Source: Octopus vulgaris
Lineage: Eukaryota
DNA length: 64,000 nt
Direction of reading: 5' to 3'
Assembly: GCA_951406725.2 (NCBI GenBank)
Contig: OX597815.1
Coordinates: 65,968,001 to 66,032,000, forward strand
In this document: in pieces, positions 54,666 through 64,000 of the stretch
Position numbering within the stretch: position 1 is the stretch's first letter
Layout: every line of letters begins with the position of its first letter
Notes under the pieces: model-generated
What the model saw: only the letters and a program-made list of their open reading frames with translations
The model's database searches: none
What the model was told of the DNA's origin: nothing
Program-made: the position numbers and the translations under genes

Positions 54666-57386
54666 GGTGGTGGTGGTGATTATCGTCGTCATTTTGAGGA
54701 GAAAGAGGATGAGAAGGACGAGGAGGACGACGACGACGACACCAGTATTCAGTATAAAACCCCGATATTAAACTTTCATTAAGCTAATCTCCCTACGAAA
54801 ATCTATTCAAACAATCAGACCAAGTTTCTCAACAACAGCAATGTCAATAGCCATCTTCAGACGGGCGAATATAAAGAAGGAAAATACTGGAATTTCTTTA
54901 AAGCTCATTTTTAACTACCTTTGAGTTGTCCAGCCTACTGTAGCAGATTATACGGCCACACAGAGCCTCGTGTGATAACGTGTGTCTGTGAATTCCTTGT
55001 TAAATCACTGAGCAAGGGATTAGATCATAAGAAAAGGAAAAGGATTAGTGTCTGCTAAAGCTATTATATTATATTTAATCCATTTATTATTTGAAGGAAA
55101 AACAAAAGACAGTTCGTAGAATTCTGGTAGAACTTTCAGTGTATGTTTACAAAATTTAATGAAAGATAAATGAAGAACATTAAATAGACAAAACTGGGGC
55201 AATATTAATGCGAGTTTCAAACTAGCTATTACATTGTGACTTTTATTGGAAACTTCTGCCAAGATATATCAGACTAAAAAATTTTCTTTAGTTTGGTGTA
55301 ATACATGTTCTAGCTTATAATTTCACAATCTCCTTCGTTGACATCTATAAACACATTCAGCCTACTACCTACCATAATTCTTTATATATTCTCTATTATT
55401 TATACCTAGTTCCTTCTCCCTCTCTATTTATCTCTATCATTTACATAACCAGCCCTCCACATTCTCTCTTTCTCCTTCCTATATCTTTATTTTATGTATT
55501 TCGAGTATGCTGACTACAACCGTCTCCTCCTCCAAAGATACGCTATTGTACCAATGTCACAAATTTCTGCTATTCGCTTTCCATTTCTGATAAAATCCAA
55601 TACATTTCATAAAAGTTAATAGCTTAAATAAATGTCTGTAAGGTACAGGGTCTCACAGAATATAAATGGAAAACGTTTTCCGCTTGATGATTTCCTCACC
55701 CCGCACCATTTTCTTTATATGAGACTGCACTAAAAATGTGACAACAGTGGTAAAGCAATGCTACTATTAACTAAGCAGTACTAATTTCACACAGAACTTT
55801 ACTGTCGGTCGTTTAAGAACTTCTGCAGTTAAAAAATATAAACAGAAAAATAAAGGGACCGATCTTTCTCATGAAGAAAATAAGACAACATAATTGTTCC
55901 GCGAGAAGTAACACATATGACTTGCCAGAGTCGTTGGAACGTCAATTAGAATACCAAATTTTACGCGCTATCTGTTTCGTCCTGAGTTCGGATCCCACTC
56001 AGGACCGTTTTTAATTTTATCTTTTCTGCATTGATAAAAAAAAAAAACAACAGTTGTCCAAGGCGGCGGATTGATGGAACTGTAAGAATACTTCACTTTG
56101 TTGCAAGCACTCGGGCCGGATTTCAACCTGATTAAATATTTTTTTTAATGTCTGGGATGGTGCTGCAATGGACTTCATCAGCGAAACATAAAGAAGTACG
56201 AATCTACGTGATCAATATGTATAAATTGTCTTTTAAAATTGGAAAAATGATTACGAATCATTTTAAGGCGAAGAATTGGGATTTTTTCACTCTTCAATGG
56301 TTATTATATTAATTATTCATTTAACATGGCTTATCTTTCTTTGAAACTGTTATCTCCATGAATACCATGTGCACACGTGTGTGTATGTGATAGCAACATT
56401 GATACATTAATAGATAAACAGACAGACAGACAGACAGACAGACAGATAGATAATGAGTAGATTAAAGTGTGTCTGTGCGAGTGCGTATAAGGATAAAATT
56501 GTTTTTTTAATTCTTAAATTTAGTATATGTTTAAGTAAACAGACAGGAGAAAAAGTACTCAGTATAAGTTTATTTCAAATGTTGTGACAATTTTTTTTTA
56601 TCCCCCACCACCTGAAGGAAACCACGTGACGAGAAACTAAGTGCATATGAACTGAATTGTCAAGTCCTTGAAAGAAGATCTCTCTCTCTCTCTCCTTCTC
56701 TCTCCCACTGTCTCTGTCTTTATATTTATGTGTGCATAGGTGTGTATGTGTGTGCATGTAAATATATGTGCACACGTGTTTCTATAAGCATGCATGTACA
56801 CACAGACACTATATATATATATATATATATATATGCACAAATAATATTTATATCTTTTTGCCTCCTCCCTTCCCCCTTACACCATCTCTTTACTATTATT
56901 CGACACCGCCTTCTTTCACACAATATTTCTAACCCTACCTCCTCCTGCTACTCTTCCTCACATTGATTGCTCAACCGACTTATTATCCAATCGAAACACT
57001 TCATTTATATTACATCCCATTTCATGTAATATATATTCATGCCGGGGTATATTATAATTTAATACGTATTCATGAAGAATTAATTATGGTCTAATATATA
57101 TTCAAGCAATATCTGTAATATATGCGTTTATGCATACATGTTTGTGTGGGCATACGAGAGATTCACACAACCATGAACAAACACACACGCACGCACGCAC
57201 GCACGCACACACACTCAAAAATATGTGCGCACGCGTGTATGTGTACGTGCTTGTTTGGATCTGGTTTAGATAGTGCTTTGGACTTTCATGTCCTGTAACT
57301 ACTGGTATTAATGGTATTGCCCAAGACCTTTGACGACGTTGTTAACATGTGTGTGTGTATACATAGACATAAATACATATACCTAC

Positions 57387-57426
<40 letters not shown>

Positions 57427-57989
57427 GTATGTATATATGTAAATCAAAAATAAACACAAAAAAAACGAAACGAAATCACCTGGAAGTGACCGCGAGAATG
57501 ACACATGCGTGTATTTTACTGTTCTAGCGGCTTCCCGAAGTTATGTAATTGCATCACTTCTGAAACAAGTTCGAATCGGCCAGTTTGAAGTATATTGAGA
57601 CAGCGTATAAACAATACGCTGGTTCACAATATCACCGCTTAGGCAGAAGGAAAATCGAATTACGCAAAGTAGCTCTAGAATAAAATCTTTACCTATATAA
57701 CATATGTAGTATATGTGTATACTTTATTCTCTGTATACCTCAGACTGGCCTATTTTTCTGGCAATTACTTCATTTATATCAAATAGTTTTGCAGTTTCTG
57801 TTGAATTCTTTCCCAGTGGAATCTGTTATTCTATCCAGAAACTATTCAGCACAATTACAAATGGAACATCAAGAATCTTGCAAACCAAAAACATAAATGT
57901 AAAAATTGTAGTACCATTATGGAAACAATGGAAAAATTTCTATTATTTCGGTCAGAACATAAAGCCCAATATATATATATGCATGTATG

Positions 57990-58034
<45 letters not shown>

Positions 58035-58143
58035 AAATGAAACATCACCAGTACTAAATAGGAAATATGCGTAGAAGGTAGTCATACTCCAATACCCACA
58101 TTTTATATATACACAGGTAGAATTGTTAGTAGGCTGTTATGTA

Positions 58144-58224
<81 letters not shown>

Positions 58225-58534
58225 GTAAATGAATATGTAAATAAACTGAGTGATTTGTGTGTATGTGTTGGTGTCTTTACGTCCCTTAACTTACCGCTTA
58301 GAGGAAATAAGCGCTTACTAGACTTGCAAAGAATAAGTCCCAGGGTCGATTTGTTCGACTAAAGGCGGTGTTCCAGCATGGCTGAAGTGAACTGACTGAA
58401 ACAAGTAAAAGAATAAAAGAATAAAAGAATGAAAGAATATATATATATATCTTTACAAGATAAGGATATAATCACAAAATGGTTTTGTCAGTAGCCTAGC
58501 ACTTAAAAATGACCGTATAGGTAACATTATATAT

Positions 58535-58609
<75 letters not shown>

Positions 58610-58621
58610 TACATATATATT

Positions 58622-58654
<33 letters not shown>

Positions 58655-58739
58655 TATGCACACGTCAAGGCCACCAGCCCCTATCCACACGCACATACAC
58701 GCTCTTACATACACACGCACGCACTGACAACCAGACGAA

Positions 58740-59729
58740 ATCACACATAGGTGCAACTAAGAACCAAATGATTCTCAGATATAATACGCATCTATCCAGC
58801 TTCAGAAATAGTAATAAGGCAAACTCAACAGGACTTAGTGCATACATATGGGAATTTAAGGATAAAAAAATAGATTTTAGCTTGATCTTGTGTATACTCA
58901 CAAAAACAAGTAGACGCAGCGATCTCTGGCTATCAGAACGCCTAGCTAAACAAAATCTTTTCAACAGGAAGTTTGAGAACAACAATTTTTGTCTCCACGT
59001 GGGCCAGTATGTATTTTCGAAATCCCAGTAGAATAGCCTCTTTGTCCTCTTGCAGCCCTCTATACCTTCATAATCGCAAACTAGAATACTCATCTATATA
59101 AGTCTAATTAACAGAATAACACATGAAACACACGAATAGTCACCCTGCATACCCACTCGCCCCAAACATTCCATAATAATACACCTTGCAAATGTAAGAA
59201 ATTCCTAAACTCTAGTAATAAGACAATTATTAGGCGTAACACATTTTCAAACCACCCAGTATTTGTTAAGAGTTAGCTCCCTTTTCACCCCGCTAGAGTT
59301 ACCCCCTTCACCTATACCGCCGGTGTCAAAATAGATAATAATACGAGATAAACACGTAAGAAAAAATGTGCTTCATTAAACGAGGTAGCCCGCAGCTAAA
59401 TAATACTCACTCCGCCCTAATTACCCAACGAAACTAACCAATCTACCACAAGCAAACCTCTACCCAGCGAATTTACCAGTGCAAGAACAATTGGTAATTC
59501 TTTCAATGTAAGAATTACCAATTTGTTTACATTACCATCACATATGTATCAATCATTTTCGCATCTTAACCGATGCATCTATCTATACTTGCATTCTGAG
59601 AGATTTACTTGCTCCAGTAAATCGAAACGATCGTAAATGCCACCCTTATCTCTGCTTCTTACTTCTTTGTTACCTATTTAATTAAAGCCATGCCAGCGTA
59701 AACCATGAGTTTCCCATTGTTATTATATC

Positions 59730-59735
<6 letters not shown>
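58740..59735 (+). mobile_element. PLE 3' fragment of a second lineage (GIY-YIG C-part, UTR, HHR)
   Basis: [22 protein letters not shown]...STGLSAYIWEFKDK resembles a PLE GIY-YIG tail; ends at (TA)n. Confidence 0.75.
59591..59640 (+). ncRNA. Hammerhead-like motif lacking N7 (CUGAGA)
   Basis: GCATT-CTGAGA-GATTTACT tgctcc AGTAAATC-GAAACGATCGTA-AATGC; all helices perfect. Confidence 0.78.
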
Positions 59736-59772
<37 letters not shown>

Positions 59773-59919
59773 TATATAAGGCGGGCTTCTTTCAGTTTCT
59801 GTCTACCAAATCCACTCACAGGGCTTTGGTCGGCCCGAGGCTATAGTAGAAGACACCTGTCCAAGGTGCCACGCAGTGGGACTGAACCCGGAACCATGTT
59901 GTTGGTAAGCGAGCTACTT

Positions 59920-61971
59920 TATTTCAAAACATTTGCCATAAAGGCAGTACACAGATTAAGTTAGCTTTGCGGGCTGGACGAGGACATTAATGAAGTGAAT
60001 GATAATGAAAGACAGATGATAAGGATGGGAGAAGACAAAAAGTGCCCGCCGACTTTCGCTTCTCTAAAACATTGTTCTTTTTAAAGATAAACACAAAACG
60101 AGGTATTAAACCTCTTACAGTTTTTCCAATTTTTGGACTTAGCAGTCCATTATTAATAAAAATGCAAAACGAGGTATTAAACCTCTTTCAATTTTCCAAT
60201 TTTTGGACTTAGCAGTCCATTATTAATACTAACAGTTCAATAATTACATATCGTCCTCGAAATAGCTTGTGCCCGCGCCCTCCACCATCATACACGCCTC
60301 CCTCAGAACGTAATCAAGTTCCGAGTTCGCGTCGCCCGGGACCAAGCTATAATCTTCATTGAGCTCCTTTAGCCCAAGCGTCACGTCGAACGCCACGGCC
60401 TCCACAGCTATCTGCGGAGGCCATTCGGGGTCCTGTGTGAAGGCTAAAGGAGCTCCCTTGTGGTACTCTTCCATCATTTTTTTTTTCAATTTCTCCTCCT
60501 CTATAGAAGAGGACCAATACGTTCAGTTCTTTCGTTGGCGGCACAGTTCCCGCCAACGTCTGCGGCTCATGGATATCAGCCGCCCGACCTTTCTTTCTTT
60601 TTCTCCTCCTTCTTTTGGGGGAGACTGCTGACCCAGGGTACTCCGTCACCAGACACGGGGGATCGCTATCCCCCTCCGCCACCTGAGCGTTCTTTGGCGA
60701 GCAGCCGTTTTTGCTCGCCTGTCTCTTTCTTTTCGTGGAGGCAACCTCCTCCACGACTTCCACCGTCTCCCCCTCCAATAAGGGGGCGGCGGGCGCCTTT
60801 TCCCCTTCATGCTCCGGGGCACCACCACGGCCCCCGGGACAATTCCTCTTGATATGTCCGGGCTTCAGGCACAGGTGACACTTGGGGGGGCGTCCCTCGA
60901 GTATCACCGGGTACCTGTGCCCAGCCATTCTCAGGAAGTCCGGGAATTTCATTTCTCCCACGGCCACCGGTGTCCACAGGGTCAAAGTTGCTTTTGACCC
61001 CTCCCAGGCGACCGCGGGAGCCATTTTCCCACTCAGTAGCCTGGGTCCGCTATCCCCCAGACCTCGCCGGATGGTCTTCTCGATCCATTCCGCCTCCGTG
61101 CCCGGGGGCAGCCCACAAACCCAGGCTCTTTTTACTTTTCTGCCACAATACGAGGGGAGGAACAAAATTTCCTCTCCCTCCAGTGGCTCGCTAGCAAATC
61201 TGCTAGCTTCCTCGGGGGTACCAAACAGCAACCACACCGTTGCAAATTTACTCCCCCGAGAAATAAACTTTATCGTTGGTAGGTGGTCCCCCAACTCTTT
61301 CTCTATGGTGCTCTTGTCGAAGAGGGCGATAGCTCCACGCGACCTAGAATAGGTTCGTAGGACCACCGTCCTCTTCTCAAGACTTTCAATCCACTGCTTG
61401 GGTGGGACAACCTCCCATTCCAAGGCAGTGGTTTCTTTTGTTGCCATGATTTTGAAAAAAAGTTCAACTAAAAGTTCAAAGTCCAATAAGAAAAAAACAC
61501 AATGACAGAACAGAAAGACAGAACAGAGAAAAGGACGAAGGAAGACAGTTCAAATAATGGCAACACAGTTCTGCAACTGGTAATCCTCACGAAACAGGGT
61601 ACTCCTAGTTGCAGCACACTTGGTTCTCCGTGGTAAATCCAAGCACAATTGGTTCTCCGTGGTAAATCCAAGCGAACAAATTAATTTTTGAGGAGGGGCT
61701 ATGCCTCTTCAATATACACAATTCTCACTAAAAGGTGAGACAATAAATACGCCAACAGGCAGAACAAATACATCCGAAGCAAAGTGAAGCTTATTACGCG
61801 CAGAAAAGTGTTAACACTAATTAACATTAATGCCAAAAAAGTATTAACGGCAAGCAATAAACCTCACTATGCTTCCAAAAATATCCAAAATGTCCTACCT
61901 GTTGCCGTAAAATGTTCAATAATTCACGTTAACACGTGACATTTGCCGGAGCAAAAAACAGCACGTCTGTC
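59920..61971 (-). mobile_element. ORF1-only non-LTR retroelement
   Basis: TSD TGGTAAG(C)[G/A]AGCTACTT 59903-59919 / 61972-61987; 3' end GAAATAAA; tandem repeats in both UTRs. Confidence 0.85.
60244..61447 (-). CDS. Gag-like ORF1 with CCHC zinc knuckle (probable frameshift in A10 run at 60477-60486)
   Basis: Start MATKETT; GRPPKCHLCLKPGHIKRNCP; basic KRRRRKRKK; complex reading frame continues as ORF 60244-60489. Confidence 0.75.
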
Positions 61972-62433
61972 TGGTAAGAAGCTACTTACCACACAGCCAC
62001 TCCTACATATATATATAAGACATTATCTTTTTATACCTTGTTTAAAGTTATATATATGTATGTATACACACACACGCTTATATGTAGCATGTATATATGT
62101 ATGTACTCATGCATGTATACTTAAGCGTCCGTTTTGAGTGTGGTCTACCTCTCTTTCGGAGAAATGCAATGAAAAAGAATCCGATGGAATGGTCATTGTC
62201 TTAAATGTAACATTCGCTATACACCTTCTTTAATGAGGCAAACAAGTCGGGCATCGATGTCCTCTGTCTCTCAATACTGAGTAGCACACAGAACTGGGGA
62301 AGAAATGAAGTATTTCAATGAGTATGTATATTCGTCTGAGTTACCATAAATCGGGGAAAAAACTGCAGACAAAAACAGACTATTATATTTGTAAATAGAC
62401 TGAGTATGTTAATCTGTACACCATACAATACCG

Positions 62434-62594
62434 TAGATACATTTCAGCCGATTTTATAAATCGGTTTCGCGCACAAATTAGGTAATTAGGTCGCCATACT
62501 CACCATACAAGCAACTCTGACGAATATTATATTGCCACATAGTTACTGAATTCCTGTGCGAAACCGATTGATAAAACCTGCCGAAATATATCTA
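62434..62594. repeat. Diverged ~55-bp inverted repeat (MITE-like)
   Basis: TAGATACATTTC...AATCGGTTTCGC vs GCGAAACCGATT...GAAATATATCTA. Confidence 0.65.
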
Positions 62595-63312
62595 TAATGC
62601 CGTGCGTTTGTGTGTGTGTGTGTATTCGTCAAGCTTCCACACATTTTGCGTGCTATTCCTTTTCCTTGTTACCTTTCAGTTTTCATTTCTTCAAAGTTCT
62701 TGATTAAAGAGCCGATCACAAAGAACTAGACCCACGAAAACTAAGTCAAGAACTCTGCAGAACCACTTAGTATATTCTTCGCTATTTTCACTGTCCTACT
62801 TGCAGATTGCTTTTACGCGTAGTGTTAAGTGTCTTTGTGTTGCGGTTGGGAGGCGAGCGAGATAGCAAAAGTTTCAAAGTAACGCTTAAGCTATTGAAAC
62901 GTCATCAAGCATCATGCCAGTCTGTATTTACGTACAAGTATGTATACGGGTGTATGCGTGTGGGTGTTTCACTGTGTTCGCTGCAACGTCAAGCTCCATG
63001 CCTGCCTGGAGTCACATATAGTTGTGTGTGTATATATGTTTGTGTGTGCGCGTGTGTGTGTACATGTGTGTGAATACATACATACATACATATATACTAT
63101 ATATATACAATACACAAATATTTGTGGGTGTAAATGCATGTCTATAAATGTATATGTATATATGCGCGTGTATATGTGTATGTGTATATATATATGTGTG
63201 TGTGTGGTGCGTGCGTATATATATATACATACATATAAATATATATGTGTGTATGTATGTATATCTGTATATATATATATATATATATATGTTCGTATAT
63301 ACATATACACAC

Positions 63313-63364
<52 letters not shown>

Positions 63365-63436
63365 CTCTGTGTGTGTGTATGTGCGTGCGTGCGTGTGTGT
63401 GTGTGTGTGTCTGTATGTGTGTCTCTGCGTGTGTGC

Positions 63437-63495
<59 letters not shown>

Positions 63496-63676
63496 TGCGC
63501 GCGTGCGTGTGTGTGTGTACGATTGAAAGTATTTCAACTGGTTTATTCCCTAAAATAGACTAAATTTCTTTTTCAAACTATCAAGATTCCAGCCTTGACA
63601 TTTAAGTTGGAACGGAAGTCATATCTAAAAACATTCTCACTTACAGATTAAATTTGCACTACTCCTACCAAGTACT

Positions 63677-63707
<31 letters not shown>

Positions 63708-64000
63708 TTTGTCAATTTATTTTCTTCTCCCAGACCTGAGATCTTCAACTTTTCAAGGTTACAATTTAAAACATTTGGAAATGAAATCAACAGAACTGCT
63801 AATCACGTACACAAACGTGGAATTGTAAAACGAGTTGAAAAATTGATTGAAAATTCATTAATTTTCACTAACTTTGAACATTCTTTTTTACTCTTTAACT
63901 CGTTTCAGTCATTTGACTGCGGCCATGCTGCAGCACCGCCTTAAAGGGTTTTAGTCGAAGAAATCGACCCCAGGACTTATTCTTTGTAAGCCTGATACTT

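Larger units (their letters stand above)
59775..62005 (-). mobile_element. SINE family B head split by insertion
   Basis: 59775-59919 continues at 61972-62005. Confidence 0.85.

Overview
Eukaryotic, AT-rich, microsatellite-saturated, apparently gene-free DNA. Its repeat content resembles an octopus/cephalopod genome (inference). Nearly all ORFs in the track are artefacts of simple repeats. Real coding remnants are transposon-derived: five Penelope-like element (PLE; RT + GIY-YIG) fragments, a full-length decayed mariner plus mariner fragments and MITEs, and a 2-kb ORF1-only (zinc-knuckle) non-LTR element inserted with a TSD into a SINE head. Three tRNA-derived SINE families, non-autonomous Helitrons and a probable solo LTR are also present. 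The main hidden signal is about 20 type-I hammerhead ribozyme (HHR)-like motifs from many distinct families, most with a palindromic helix III suggesting dimeric cleavage. They lie at PLE 3' ends and in short non-coding fold-back insertions (two divergent arms, one lacking the terminal tail), often embedded in (TA)n. Included are non-canonical cores (G3-C8 swap, U3-A8, missing N7), a tRNA-headed SINE ending in a hammerhead with PLE-type inversion, and a ~481-nt unit with a terminal direct repeat that looks like a retrozyme monomer. All structures were folded by eye; catalytic activity is untested.
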